A program made the translations under genes and the position numbers. Of a stretch of DNA of 64,000 nt, positions 48,431-60,695 are shown in pieces. Every line of letters begins with the position of its first letter. Position 1 is the first letter of the stretch. This DNA comes from Cyanobacteria bacterium P01_A01_bin.123 (GTDB lineage Bacteria; Cyanobacteriota; Cyanobacteriia; Phormidesmidales; Phormidesmidaceae), in assembly GCA_039815185.1 (NCBI GenBank), contig JBCBZT010000002.1, forward strand, positions 64,001-128,000, given 5' to 3'. The notes beneath the pieces are model-generated. The model was given only the letters and a program-made list of their open reading frames with translations. It did not search any database and was not told the DNA's origin.

Positions 48431-49629
48431 GCCTTGATTGGATCAAACCCGCCGATCGTTTGAGTGCGTTACCCCCTTACGTCTTTGCCCGGTTAGACGA
48501 ACTCAAAGCCCGAGCGCGGGAACAGGGTCTTGATTTAATTGATTTGGGTATGGGCAATCCCGATGGTCCCACCCCAACGCCGGTGATTGACGCCGCGGCC
48601 GCGGCGATTCGCGATGTTGCTAACCACGGGTATCCACCGTTTGAGGGCACTGCTAGCTTTCGTCAGGCCATTACGACCTGGTACCACCGCCGCTACCGTG
48701 TCACCCTAGACCCTGATGGAGAAGCGCTGCCCTTACTGGGCTCTAAAGAAGGGCTGGCACACCTGGCGATGGCTTATATCAATCCAGGGGATGTCGTGTT
48801 GGTCCCGTCACCCTCCTATCCAGCCCATTTTCGCGGCCCGGCGATCGCCCAAGCTGCGATCCACGATTTAGTCCTGAACGCCAAGAACGACTGGCTGATC
48901 GACCTCGGTGCCATTCCCGATGAGGTCGCCCAACGGGCCAAGGTACTGTACTTTAATTATCCTAATAACCCTACAGCCGCCACCGCTCCGCGCGAGTTTT
49001 TTGAAGACATTGTTGCCTTTGCCCGCAAGCATGAGATTTTGCTCGTCCACGATCTGTGCTACGCAGAACTGGCCTTTGACAGCTATCATCCCACCAGCCT
49101 GCTAGAGATTCCAGGCGCTAAGGAGATTGGTGTTGAGTTTCACACCCTTTCAAAAACCTACAATATGGCGGGTTGGCGGGTTGGATTTGTGGTGGGCAAC
49201 CGCCATGTGATTCAAGGGTTACGTACCCTGAAGACAAACTTAGATTACGGCATCTTTGCAGCCCTTCAAAAGGCTGCCGAAACTGCCCTCCAACTTCCCG
49301 ACGTTTATCTTCACGAAGTGCAGGCTCGCTATCGGGGCCGCCGCGACTTTCTGATCGACCAGTTGGCTACGTTGGGTTGGACAGTGCCGAAAACTAAAGC
49401 CACCATGTATCTTTGGGTGCCTTGCCCAGTGGGTATGGGGTCGACAGACTTTGCCCTGTCAGTGTTGCAGCAAACGGGGGTAGTGGTTACCCCAGGCAAT
49501 GCTTTCGGCACTGGCGGGGAAGGCTATGTGCGCATTAGCTTAATTGCAGAACCCGAACGCTTGAAGGAAGCGATCGATCGCTTACGCGAGGCGGGCATTC
49601 GCTATCAACCGCAAACCGCAGATGTCTAG
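48427..49629 (+). CDS. Class I/II PLP-dependent aminotransferase
   Basis: IDLGMGNPD, NYPNNPT, HDLCY and SKTYNMAGWRVG motifs. Confidence 0.92.
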   Translation: MSLDWIKPADRLSALPPYVFARLDELKARAREQGLDLIDLGMGNPDGPTPTPVIDAAAAAIRDVANHGYPPFEGTASFRQAITTWYHRRYRVTLDPDGEALPLLGSKEGLAHLAMAYINPGDVVLVPSPSYPAHFRGPAIAQAAIHDLVLNAKNDWLIDLGAIPDEVAQRAKVLYFNYPNNPTAATAPREFFEDIVAFARKHEILLVHDLCYAELAFDSYHPTSLLEIPGAKEIGVEFHTLSKTYNMAGWRVGFVVGNRHVIQGLRTLKTNLDYGIFAALQKAAETALQLPDVYLHEVQARYRGRRDFLIDQLATLGWTVPKTKATMYLWVPCPVGMGSTDFALSVLQQTGVVVTPGNAFGTGGEGYVRISLIAEPERLKEAIDRLREAGIRYQPQTADV

Positions 49630-49704
49630 CTCCGGTTGGTTACACAACGCCATCGCATTTTTAAGGCACTGTATAGTGATTGAGGACGCACAGGAAGAAC
49701 TGCC

Positions 49705-49896
49705 ATGTTTGGGTTAGGTTGGCCAGAAGTGGCCATTATCATGATTGTTGCCGTGTTGATCTTTGGCCCCAAGAAGATTCCTGAATTGGGGGGAGCCTTG
49801 GGGAAAACCCTGCGCGGCTTCAAAGCGGAAATGGATAATCCTGAGACCGATGATCAGGATGTTTTAGACGAGGCTGAGGAAGAAGAGTATCGGTAA
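49705..49896 (+). CDS. tatA: Twin-arginine translocase subunit TatA/E
   Basis: MFGLGWPE...LIFGPKKIPELGGALGKTLRGFK. Confidence 0.92.
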   Translation: MFGLGWPEVAIIMIVAVLIFGPKKIPELGGALGKTLRGFKAEMDNPETDDQDVLDEAEEEEYR

Positions 49897-49943
49897 GGGC
49901 GAGTGTTTAGAGATGTGAGAAACCCGGTTTCTGGACTGGAGTG

Positions 49944-52712
49944 CTAGCGGATAGTCTTGGGGCGAGCGCGCCCTAACCACAACAACCCGACGCCCGCGAC
50001 CACTATCAGCCCGAGGAGATTACTCGCTTCGGGTACTGAAACTGCATTGAGCGGATTATTAGGTTCCGTGAGCGTATCCTGACCGTCTTCTAAGCTACGG
50101 GCAAAGCGATCGCTCGATGCTTCTGCTTCACGCAGCAGTTCTCGCTGACGCTCGTTGACTAATACCAGCATGGACGAATAGGGGGTGACAACCGCGCTTC
50201 GTTTCGCGATCGCATGAACCCCATCCAGCGCTGCCAACTGGGTCATATCCTGCTGACGACTTTGATGCAAAATCGCCTGCCGCGCCGCCAGAGGGTCGAA
50301 AGAGGCACCCCCCTCAGATTCGGCGATCGCCGGGTCAGCCTGGGTATTGTCGGTTGGTTCCACTTGCCATAGGTAGCCATCTACGGCACTGGCGATCGCA
50401 TCGTTTTCCCCTTGTGCTAGGGCCAAGCGCTGCAACAGCGATTGAATATCTGTGTCAATGCCACCGCGACTGAGTTGAATGGCATCTAACACCGTGTCCT
50501 CGTAGGCCAAGGGCAACGCATCTGCTAGATGGAGAATCCATAGCGGCGCAGTTAGCTCAGGCAGTTCTGGGTTTTCCTGAGCCAATTCATAGTTACCCGC
50601 ATCGGTCACCAGCAGGATAGCGTCATAGGCTTTCCCCTGGCCTAGCGGATCAAACTGCTGCACCATCTCAGCAATGGACAAACTCCCGTAGAAGCTCAAG
50701 TTATCTTCAGCCATCGCCGTCTCTTTTAACTGCTGAGCAGCCATGCCTTCAGTAGACGCGACGTACCAATCCACCTGGTTGGACTGGGGCAACTGCTTGA
50801 GCTGATCTAAGGTTTGACCCAACGCCTGGGGATGCGCTGCCATGCTGCGAGAACTGTCAATCACCACGGCTAAACGCTGGTTCTTTAAAGCTTGGGACTC
50901 GCTCTTCAGGGGGGTAACGCTAACCCGATAGCCCTCGGGTAGAACTGTTTCGTGAGCAATTGGGGACCAGTCCGCGTCAGCAGCGATCGCTGGTTCAAAC
51001 CAGTCGGCTTGATCATCAGCGCTCGCTAGGGCCTGGTTATTAATAGAGCGTTCTGTGTTCCTATTCCAATAGATATTGCGTTTTTCAAGCAATTGGGGCA
51101 GGGCCCAACCCTCAGGCCGCTGCATGACTTGGTAGGTCATCCACAGATCCAAATGCCCCGGTTCTGTCCTTGAACGCCGAGCTGGAATTGGGAATACCCG
51201 CAGGCGATACTGCCGTGGCCCCACTTGCTCAAGCAAGGCTGGATCTTCTGCGGCAGTCCAGTTACTGCGCTCCACTTCACCGTTGTAGACTGTCTGCGCT
51301 GCTCCCCTGGGTGATACGACAAAGGGATAACGCAGATGCTGGCCGTCTTCTCCTAACCATAACCCAGTGATCACCGCACTTTCAGGCAAGGCAAAGCTGT
51401 AAAAAATCTCTTGATCGCGGTTGGTTGTGTTTTCGTAGCGTTCGTACAGTTCAATTTCGGCCCAGTCATTTTGGGGGGTGACGGTTACCGTTTGCGCCTC
51501 CAGACGGATAACGGCTTGATCGATATTCAGTAACCCTGCCTGGACTTCTTCTCGATTGACAGTCGATTCTAAAGCTTGCTGAATCACGGATCGCTCTGCC
51601 TTTTGAATCGGCGTGTCAAAAAACTCAGCATAGCGCTGAGCCGCTTTGTCGGGATCATTGCGTGAACCCTGATATAAAAAGGGCGACAGTAGCGCGTTGT
51701 GGCGATTTTGGAAAAACTGCGCCTGGTCTTGAGATAGGTTAAAAATAGTTTGATACCACGACCGTAGGCGATTGCTGTCTTTCCGAGGGCTGAGGTAGCG
51801 ATACGATTGCAGATACGCGTTCACCAACCCAGCTCGAATTTGGGAGGAATTTTCGATCAAGTCTGCCCGTGCTTGGGCCGTAGCCGGCGGTGCGTCTAAC
51901 AGGGCAAAGGCTTTCACCTGAGGTTGGGGTTGTACCACGAGGAAGCATACCACTACGGCGATCGCGCTAATGGCTGACACCAGACTGCCCTGCTGCCAAC
52001 GATATTGTTTCCCAAAGGCTGAGAAAATGCGCCACCATGAGCGCACATACATGTGGCTAAACACAAAGGGCATGGCCCCAAATAGCGTGGCACTGAAGCC
52101 AAACAGCCCGAACGCCAGAATTAATGTCATCATCGACGAGAGCGGACTGTAGCTCAAACTCGACAATAAATTGCCTAGCCACTGGAACGATAGGAAGTGG
52201 TAAAGGAAAACGCAGAAGGCAGGAATAGCATAGAAAGCCAGGACTGTACCCACATAGAGCCCCACCATCAGCACCAGGCTTTGGTTAATCAGTTGAAAAT
52301 AAGCTAGCTCCCGCTTCTGGGCGGCATAACCGCGAAATAGTTCGACGGTAAAAATCGCGATCGCGACAAAAAACGCCCCCAGCAATACCGTACTGGCCAT
52401 CGTCAGTTCCCGCAGCACAAACAGCCGCAGGCACAGCAGTGCAAATAATGGGGCTTCTACCCCATAGAACAGCCGCATCAGCGCCGTGGGTCGTTTTAGG
52501 AACCATCTACATCCGGCAAAGGTACACGCTGTAGGTACCCCAATGATGCCTAACAAGCTGAGTAAAAAAGGAAACGGAATCTCTCCTGAAACGACCGCTG
52601 CCCCTAACCACGGCAGGGTCAGGGGCAGGATGCCTAGGTAAACTAGCACTAAGAAACAGAGATTCCACGTCCAGAAGATGCCGTGGTAGAAGATGTCGAG
52701 GGATTTTTTCAT
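49944..52712 (-). CDS. PEP-CTERM system integral membrane protein with VIT domain (TIGR02921-like)
   Basis: N-terminal TM block, VIT-like FALPESAVITGLWL...DPALLEQ, VTPYSSMLVL, and C-terminal VPE + TM + basic tail. Confidence 0.8.
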   Translation of the reverse strand: MKKSLDIFYHGIFWTWNLCFLVLVYLGILPLTLPWLGAAVVSGEIPFPFLLSLLGIIGVPTACTFAGCRWFLKRPTALMRLFYGVEAPLFALLCLRLFVLRELTMASTVLLGAFFVAIAIFTVELFRGYAAQKRELAYFQLINQSLVLMVGLYVGTVLAFYAIPAFCVFLYHFLSFQWLGNLLSSLSYSPLSSMMTLILAFGLFGFSATLFGAMPFVFSHMYVRSWWRIFSAFGKQYRWQQGSLVSAISAIAVVVCFLVVQPQPQVKAFALLDAPPATAQARADLIENSSQIRAGLVNAYLQSYRYLSPRKDSNRLRSWYQTIFNLSQDQAQFFQNRHNALLSPFLYQGSRNDPDKAAQRYAEFFDTPIQKAERSVIQQALESTVNREEVQAGLLNIDQAVIRLEAQTVTVTPQNDWAEIELYERYENTTNRDQEIFYSFALPESAVITGLWLGEDGQHLRYPFVVSPRGAAQTVYNGEVERSNWTAAEDPALLEQVGPRQYRLRVFPIPARRSRTEPGHLDLWMTYQVMQRPEGWALPQLLEKRNIYWNRNTERSINNQALASADDQADWFEPAIAADADWSPIAHETVLPEGYRVSVTPLKSESQALKNQRLAVVIDSSRSMAAHPQALGQTLDQLKQLPQSNQVDWYVASTEGMAAQQLKETAMAEDNLSFYGSLSIAEMVQQFDPLGQGKAYDAILLVTDAGNYELAQENPELPELTAPLWILHLADALPLAYEDTVLDAIQLSRGGIDTDIQSLLQRLALAQGENDAIASAVDGYLWQVEPTDNTQADPAIAESEGGASFDPLAARQAILHQSRQQDMTQLAALDGVHAIAKRSAVVTPYSSMLVLVNERQRELLREAEASSDRFARSLEDGQDTLTEPNNPLNAVSVPEASNLLGLIVVAGVGLLWLGRARPKTIR

Positions 52713-53038
52713 GGGAAAAAACGAAGACTGTAAAGACCAGACCGCAAATTCAGCGCGTTCCTAAAATCTGGGACTTTAAAGGTTTTGGGCTTTGGGGGGA
52801 AGCCATTCAGGGACTTACACTTCATGACCCTTGATTAATCCGGGTTGTTTCAAGACAAATCGATGAAGTTGATGTTTAGGATCGCAGACGCTAGAGGCAC
52901 AGCCTGTTCTGTCCCTATCTTCAGATTTAGGACGACCCATTCCGCAGGGAGAATCGTTAATATTCCTTCAAACAGAAAATCTTCAAGCATGTATCCTAGT
53001 CAGGAACTGAGTGCAAACCTTACAGTTAGGAGCAACCT

Positions 53039-54958
<1,920 letters not shown>

Positions 54959-54967
54959 GCAGTCTAC

Positions 54968-57112
54968 GTGCCCCTACGAAACCTAGACCTTTGCAATCAG
55001 TACCGCAGCAGTCGTCAGAATTTGCTGCGGGATTTTTATATCCCTTGTTTAAAGAAATCGCTCACCTATGACCGCGCGGTTGGGTTCTTCTCTAGCAGCT
55101 CGCTTTCGCTGGCGGCTCAGGGATTGACAGCGTTTATCAAAGCAGGCGGGCGGATGCGATTGGTGGCGTCACCGCATCTCTCGGAGGGGGATATTGAGGC
55201 GATTGAATCGGGTTTACGTTGCCGCGAAGTCGTGATTACTGACGCGATTACCCGTGAGCTATCCCACGAGTTTGAAACTGTTGTGCGCGATCGCATTGCT
55301 TGTTTATCCTGGCTGCTGGCTCATGGGCGGCTGGAGATCAAAATTGCAGTAGTCAAAGATCTTCAGGATGCAGGCGTTTATCATGAAAAGCTAGGCATTT
55401 TTGCCGACGCTGATGGGAACCGCGTGGCTTTTGGTGGATCTGCCAATGAAACTGCCCGGGCCTATCGACGTAATTTTGAATGCATTGATGTGTTTCGTTC
55501 CTGGCGGATGGGGGATCGTGATCGCATCGATGAAAAAGTGCAAAATTTTGAGGAGCTGTGGCAGAACCAAACCCCAGATCTCGACGTGATGGTGTTTCCC
55601 GAAGCCGCACGGCGCAAGCTGCTGGAGCAGTGCCCAGCATATCCACCAGAGATCGAGCCGCAGATCGGGCCACAGATTGGGCCAGACATCCCGTCTAATC
55701 CCAAGGCGGCAACATCTACGGCGACCTATCACACTGGCCACCCCGCGATTCTGGGCATCCCGACGTTGCCCGAGGCTGTTGTGCTGAGGGACTACCAGCA
55801 GCAGGCGATCGCCAACTGGTTCAAAAATAAGGGACGCGGCACCCTGAAGATGGCGACGGGGAGTGGGAAGACGATTACGGCACTCGCGATCGTAGTGGAA
55901 CTTTATCAGCAAATTGAACTCCAAGCGCTGATTGTGGTCTGTCCCTATCGACACTTAGTGCAGCAGTGGGGGCGCGAGTGTGAGAAATTTGGCCTAAAGC
56001 CACTTTTGGCCTTCGACAGCGTGCAGTCCTGGCAGGGGGATCTGTCGCGGCAACTGTACGGTCTGCGGAGTGAAACCGGCGCTTTCCTAACCGTGATCAC
56101 CACGAATGCCACCCTGATGGGGACGGTCTTCCAGTCCCAACTCCCCTACTTCCCTGAAAAGACCCTGATCATCGGTGACGAAGCCCACAATCTCGGATCG
56201 CCTAAGTTGGTTGAGTGCTTACCGCGCACCATCGGCCTCCGGCTGGCGCTCTCTGCAACGCCAGAGCGATACTTCGACGATGGGGGCACTCAGCTTTTGC
56301 TCGACTATTTTGGCCCAGTCCTGCAACCGGAGCTGACCTTGGCAGATGCTTTGCGAGTGGGGGCATTGGTGCGCTACCGCTACTATCCCCTGCTGGTTGA
56401 ACTGACAGCGGGGGAAGCCCAACGCTACAGCAAACTCACGACAAAAATTGCTCAAGCTTTGGCAATAGATGAAGACGCGGAGGGCAATTCAGCGTTATCA
56501 GCCCTGTCGATGCAGCGATCTAAACTGATTGCCAATGCCGCCCACAAACTTGATGCGCTGCGATCGCTGATGCAGCCTCGGCTGCAAACCACCCACACCC
56601 TGTTTTACTGCGGCGATGGCACGGTCGAAGATGCCATTTCTCAAGACAGCATCCGCCATCTGGATGCGGTAACGCGCTTGCTAGGCAAGGAGTTGGGCTA
56701 CCGGGTCAATACTTATACTGCTGAAACCACTCTGGAGCAGCGAGAAACCTTACGACACCAGTTTGAGCGTGGGGACTTGCAAGGACTGGTGGCGATCCGT
56801 TGTCTGGATGAGGGCGTCGATATGCCAGCGACCCGGACAGCGGTGATTCTGGCCAGCAGCAACAACCCCCGGCAGTTTATTCAGCGCCGGGGCCGGGTGT
56901 TGCGGCCCGCCCCCGGCAAATCGCGGGCCGAGATTTTTGACATGGTCGTGCTGCCCCCCGACCTGGAGCGCAAAACGATGGAGGCGGAGCGATCGCTGCT
57001 GCGCAAAGAACTGCGGCGCTTGCTTGAATTTGCCGACTTAGCCGACAACGGCGGCGAAGCCCGGATTAAACTGCTTGATTTGCAAAAGCGTTATCAACTG
57101 CTGGATATGTAA
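54968..57112 (+). CDS. PLD-like nuclease plus SF2 helicase (phosphorothioation-associated restriction protein, PbeA-like)
   Basis: YDRAVGFFSS, HEKLGIF...GSANET (PLD-like), MATGSGKT, DEAH, LSATPER and FIQRRGRVLR. Confidence 0.8.
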   Translation: MPLRNLDLCNQYRSSRQNLLRDFYIPCLKKSLTYDRAVGFFSSSSLSLAAQGLTAFIKAGGRMRLVASPHLSEGDIEAIESGLRCREVVITDAITRELSHEFETVVRDRIACLSWLLAHGRLEIKIAVVKDLQDAGVYHEKLGIFADADGNRVAFGGSANETARAYRRNFECIDVFRSWRMGDRDRIDEKVQNFEELWQNQTPDLDVMVFPEAARRKLLEQCPAYPPEIEPQIGPQIGPDIPSNPKAATSTATYHTGHPAILGIPTLPEAVVLRDYQQQAIANWFKNKGRGTLKMATGSGKTITALAIVVELYQQIELQALIVVCPYRHLVQQWGRECEKFGLKPLLAFDSVQSWQGDLSRQLYGLRSETGAFLTVITTNATLMGTVFQSQLPYFPEKTLIIGDEAHNLGSPKLVECLPRTIGLRLALSATPERYFDDGGTQLLLDYFGPVLQPELTLADALRVGALVRYRYYPLLVELTAGEAQRYSKLTTKIAQALAIDEDAEGNSALSALSMQRSKLIANAAHKLDALRSLMQPRLQTTHTLFYCGDGTVEDAISQDSIRHLDAVTRLLGKELGYRVNTYTAETTLEQRETLRHQFERGDLQGLVAIRCLDEGVDMPATRTAVILASSNNPRQFIQRRGRVLRPAPGKSRAEIFDMVVLPPDLERKTMEAERSLLRKELRRLLEFADLADNGGEARIKLLDLQKRYQLLDM

Positions 57113-57185
57113 ACTGCCAAGGAAGAACGTTTGACTCCGCCCAGGTTTGATTACACTTAGCTATTGCATTCCTGCTGCCAGTCCC

Positions 57186-57356
57186 ATGCGCAAACTGAGC
57201 CCTAAAGACGTGCAAGCTTCCATCGAGACAGCCCCACCCGAGGTGCGGCAGATTATTCAGCACGTGCTGGAAATTGAAAAAGATCGGCTGGATCGCAACG
57301 ATCGAGGGCTGGTGAATGCAGACATTTTGCGGATTGTGAAGGAAGCGGTGCAATGA
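57186..57356 (+). CDS. Small coupled protein (PbeB-like position)
   Basis: 56 aa. Stop overlaps the ATPase start (ATGA). Confidence 0.65.
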   Translation: MRKLSPKDVQASIETAPPEVRQIIQHVLEIEKDRLDRNDRGLVNADILRIVKEAVQ

Positions 57357-59425
57357 AGCTGTTAGGGCTGAAACTCTATAATTTTCGACCGTTCCATGGG
57401 GAGCACTGCCTGACCTTCGCCAAAACCAGCGATCGCAACATCACCGTCATTCACGGCAACAACGGCTCTGGCAAAACGGCGTTGCTAAACGCCTTTACCT
57501 GGGCACTGTATGAGCGGTTCACCGCTGCGCTGGCCTCCCCCGAACAGTTGGTAAATCGGCGGGCACTGGCAGAAGCGGCAGATCAAACCCCCGTGGACTG
57601 TTGGGTAGAGGTCACCTTAGACCATGACGGCAAACAGTATAGGGTGCGGCGGGCTTGTCAGGCATCCCAGCAAGGCGAAGATGTCACCCAGATAGCCAGC
57701 ACCGTGGCGATGCAATTTGTGGGAGACGATGGCCGCTGGTCTACCCTAACCGCCTCAAAAAATCCTGATGATGTGATTGGGCGGATGTTGCCCAAAAGCC
57801 TGCACCAGTATTTCTTCTTCGATGGGGAACGCATCGAGCAGCTCGTGCGCACCGATAACCGGGCCGAAATTGCTGAGGCTACCCAAAAGCTGTTGGGGGT
57901 GAAGGTGCTCGACAACGCCATCAAGCATCTGAACACGGCCCGAAAAACCCTAGAAGATGAATACGCTAGCGTCGGCGACGCCGAAACCAAGAACCTGTTG
58001 GCAGCGCGGCGGCAGCAAGAAACAACGCGGGAGTCCCTAGAAACCCGGCAGGCCGAAATCGATCGCGAACTGACCCACCAAGCCACCCTCAAACAAGAAA
58101 CCAGTTTGCGACTGCGGGAATCAGGGGCGTTTGAGTCGCTGCAAAAGCGGCGCGACCAGCTAGAAGATCAAGAAAAAGAACTGCGCGATCGCCTGCAGGA
58201 GGCCAAGCAAATTCTCAAACGGGCGATCTCCAATCGGGGCTATACGGTGTTTTTGCCCACAGTGGTGGAAAAGTTTCGCGCCATTGTGCAGGACAAAGAA
58301 GAAAAAGGCGAACTGCCTGCGGATGTGAAGCCCAAATTTGTCCAGGAGCTGTTAGAGCGGCAGCGCTGCATTTGTGGCATGGAACTGCATCCCGATACGC
58401 CCCATCGTGGGGCCGTAGAAGCATGGCTGCAAAAAACGGGACTGGCAGATGTGCAGTCCACAGTGTATCGCCTGGAAGGCTGGGTAAATCAACAGGCCGA
58501 CCAGGAAGCAGATTTTTGGCAGGAGGTGGATCAAGAGCAGGCCACGATTACTCACTGCAAGCAAAAGCTATCCCAGATTGAAATCGATCTGGAAGAGATT
58601 GGCGACCAGCTCCGCACTAGCCCCCGTGAAGAGGTGCGCCAGCTCCAGGAGCGGCTAGACGAGATTGACAGCACGAGCGATCGCTTGAATATGGAAAAAG
58701 GAGCCAACCAGGAACGCATCGGCAGTCTTAGTACGGAGATTTCCCAATTGCGAAAGCAGGTGCGCGATCGCCGCCAAAATCAGAGCAAACAAAAGCTAGC
58801 GCTCAAGCGAATGGAAGCCGCCCAAGATGCCATCGATCGCCTGAAAGAACTGAAGCAAAACCAGGACATCCTTTTTCGCCAGGAGCTTCAGGAGACCCTA
58901 AGCCACCTGTATGGTGAAATTTCGTTCAAAGCCTACGTGCCGCGTATCAGCGAAAAATATGAGCTGAATCTAGTGGAGCGAGTCGGGGGGCAAGACGTGC
59001 TGGTAGGCGCATCGACAGGCGAAAACCAGATTCTGAGCTTGTCGTTTATTGGCAGTGTGGTGGAGCGCATTCGCCAGTGGAGCAAGGATAAGCTGGTGAT
59101 GGGGCCAGACAGCAGCACGTTTCCGTTAGTGATGGACTCACCCTTTGGCAGTTTGGATGAAATTTATCGGCGGCAGGTGGCAAAGCTGCTGCCCGCGCTG
59201 GCGGATCAGCTGATGGTGATGGCCAGTAAAACCCAGTGGCGTGGTGAGGTGGAGGCGGAAATGCGCGATCGCATCGGGCGAGAATATGTGCTGGTCTACA
59301 ATTCGCCAAAGGATGAGGTGCAGACTGACTCGATACACATTGGCAGCGAAACCTATCCGCTAATTCGCCAAAGCCCCGATGAGTTTGAATTCACCGAGAT
59401 TGTGGAGGTACATCGTCATGGCTGA
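57353..59425 (+). CDS. SMC/Rad50-like ATPase (DndD-related, PbeC-like)
   Basis: GNNGSGKT, YFFFDGERI, coiled coils with a central CICG, STGE signature and VMDSPFGSLD. Confidence 0.82.
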   Translation: MKLLGLKLYNFRPFHGEHCLTFAKTSDRNITVIHGNNGSGKTALLNAFTWALYERFTAALASPEQLVNRRALAEAADQTPVDCWVEVTLDHDGKQYRVRRACQASQQGEDVTQIASTVAMQFVGDDGRWSTLTASKNPDDVIGRMLPKSLHQYFFFDGERIEQLVRTDNRAEIAEATQKLLGVKVLDNAIKHLNTARKTLEDEYASVGDAETKNLLAARRQQETTRESLETRQAEIDRELTHQATLKQETSLRLRESGAFESLQKRRDQLEDQEKELRDRLQEAKQILKRAISNRGYTVFLPTVVEKFRAIVQDKEEKGELPADVKPKFVQELLERQRCICGMELHPDTPHRGAVEAWLQKTGLADVQSTVYRLEGWVNQQADQEADFWQEVDQEQATITHCKQKLSQIEIDLEEIGDQLRTSPREEVRQLQERLDEIDSTSDRLNMEKGANQERIGSLSTEISQLRKQVRDRRQNQSKQKLALKRMEAAQDAIDRLKELKQNQDILFRQELQETLSHLYGEISFKAYVPRISEKYELNLVERVGGQDVLVGASTGENQILSLSFIGSVVERIRQWSKDKLVMGPDSSTFPLVMDSPFGSLDEIYRRQVAKLLPALADQLMVMASKTQWRGEVEAEMRDRIGREYVLVYNSPKDEVQTDSIHIGSETYPLIRQSPDEFEFTEIVEVHRHG

Positions 59426-59726
59426 AGTCAAGATACCGATTCCAAAGTCAGACCTGGTTGACTTTTGCCATCGGCACCATATTCGCAAGCTGGCAATTTT
59501 TGGTTCCGTTTTGCGTGATGACTTTGGCCCTAACAGCGATGTTGACTTTTTAGTTGAATTTGACCCAAAACACATCCCTGGCCTAATCCGATTAGCGGGA
59601 ATGGAATTGGAGTTATCGAATTTGATTCAGCGTAAGGCAGATTTACGTACGCCCAAAGATTTAAGTCGATATTTCAGGGATGAGGTTTTGCAAACAGCGG
59701 TAGTACAGTATGACGCAACCGGATGA
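59418..59726 (+). CDS. Minimal nucleotidyltransferase (MNT) antitoxin
   Basis: IFGSVLRDDFGPNSDVDFLVEF. Confidence 0.9.
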   Translation: MAEVKIPIPKSDLVDFCHRHHIRKLAIFGSVLRDDFGPNSDVDFLVEFDPKHIPGLIRLAGMELELSNLIQRKADLRTPKDLSRYFRDEVLQTAVVQYDATG

Positions 59727-60051
59727 TGAGTCTCGATTAAGGCACATGTTAGATGCCGCAAGACAGGCGCAGTCCTTTACGAAAGGGCGGATGCAGAAAG
59801 ATTTGGAGACTGACTCGATGCTGTTGTTAGCGGTTGTAAAGGCGATTGAGATTATTGGAGAAGCGGCTTCTAAGATTTCGAGAGAGCGTCAGTCAGCTAT
59901 CCCGCAGATTCCTTGGCCTCAAGTTATTAGTATGAGAAATCGGCTGGCCCATGCTTATTTTGATATTGACACGGATATTCTTTGGCAAACAGTGGCTGAG
60001 GATTTGCCGCCTTTAATAGAAGAATTAGAAGTGATTTTGCTGAGTGAGTAA
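59710..60051 (+). CDS. HEPN/DUF86 ribonuclease toxin
   Basis: IIGEAA, IPW and RNRLAHAY (RX4HXY). Overlaps the MNT gene. Confidence 0.9.
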   Translation: MTQPDDESRLRHMLDAARQAQSFTKGRMQKDLETDSMLLLAVVKAIEIIGEAASKISRERQSAIPQIPWPQVISMRNRLAHAYFDIDTDILWQTVAEDLPPLIEELEVILLSE

Positions 60052-60076
60052 GTTTGATAAACAGAATAGAGAAGCA

Positions 60077-60175
60077 ATGGCGGAGGGTCGAATTCAGATT
60101 GCAAAGGATAAGCCAGCGTTCGTGAGGGCGTTGCGGTATGGGAGTGATGTAAATGACCCGTTTAAGATGTACTGA
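60077..60175 (+). pseudogene. Truncated paralog of the downstream dnd-associated protein 4
   Basis: MAEGRIQIAKDKPAFVRALRYGSDVNDPFKMY* aligns without gaps to MALARIHFSEDKAEFVRSLKASDFENGPFQTY. Confidence 0.7.
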
Positions 60176-60210
60176 GCCTAATAATTTCTGTGAGAACTAC
60201 ACTTAAATCG

Positions 60211-60663
60211 ATGGCACTTGCAAGGATACACTTTTCAGAAGATAAAGCTGAATTTGTGAGAAGTCTGAAAGCATCAGATTTCGAAAACGGGCCGTTTCAG
60301 ACCTACGCAGATATTGTCATATTTTCAGCAGCTTTAGGCTATAACTATCGTAAACGTGTTCTCCTGGGAAACTATTCCCGAAAAGATCCCGATGCAGTTC
60401 TTCAGGAACAGCTCAGAAACCCATTCATTATCCAGTTGATAGCGATCGCGGAAACGCGGGATCCAAAAATACTTAGCGATCAAAAAGAGAATGAAATTCA
60501 ACGTATTGAATTATTTGAAGAATATGTAAATGGCGGCCTGGAGATTTTATCTAATGAACTAAATGGTGTCGTTGACTATACTGAGAAAATCTTGTTGATG
60601 CTGAAGTTAGCAAAGCAAAGTAATGTGCAGAGCCAAGATTTTGATTTGTCAAAATTTTTATAG
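60211..60663 (+). CDS. DNA phosphorothioation-associated protein 4 (PbeD-like position)
   Basis: GPFQTYADIVIFSAALG and FEEYVNGGLEIL motifs, plus gene context. Confidence 0.78.
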   Translation: MALARIHFSEDKAEFVRSLKASDFENGPFQTYADIVIFSAALGYNYRKRVLLGNYSRKDPDAVLQEQLRNPFIIQLIAIAETRDPKILSDQKENEIQRIELFEEYVNGGLEILSNELNGVVDYTEKILLMLKLAKQSNVQSQDFDLSKFL

Positions 60664-60695
60664 GTCAAAGTATTGCCACCACCAAGATATATTGA

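Noticed and set aside
52720..53038. glmS ribozyme upstream of glmS
   Set aside because: No recognisable conserved core. The ribozyme is not typical of cyanobacteria.
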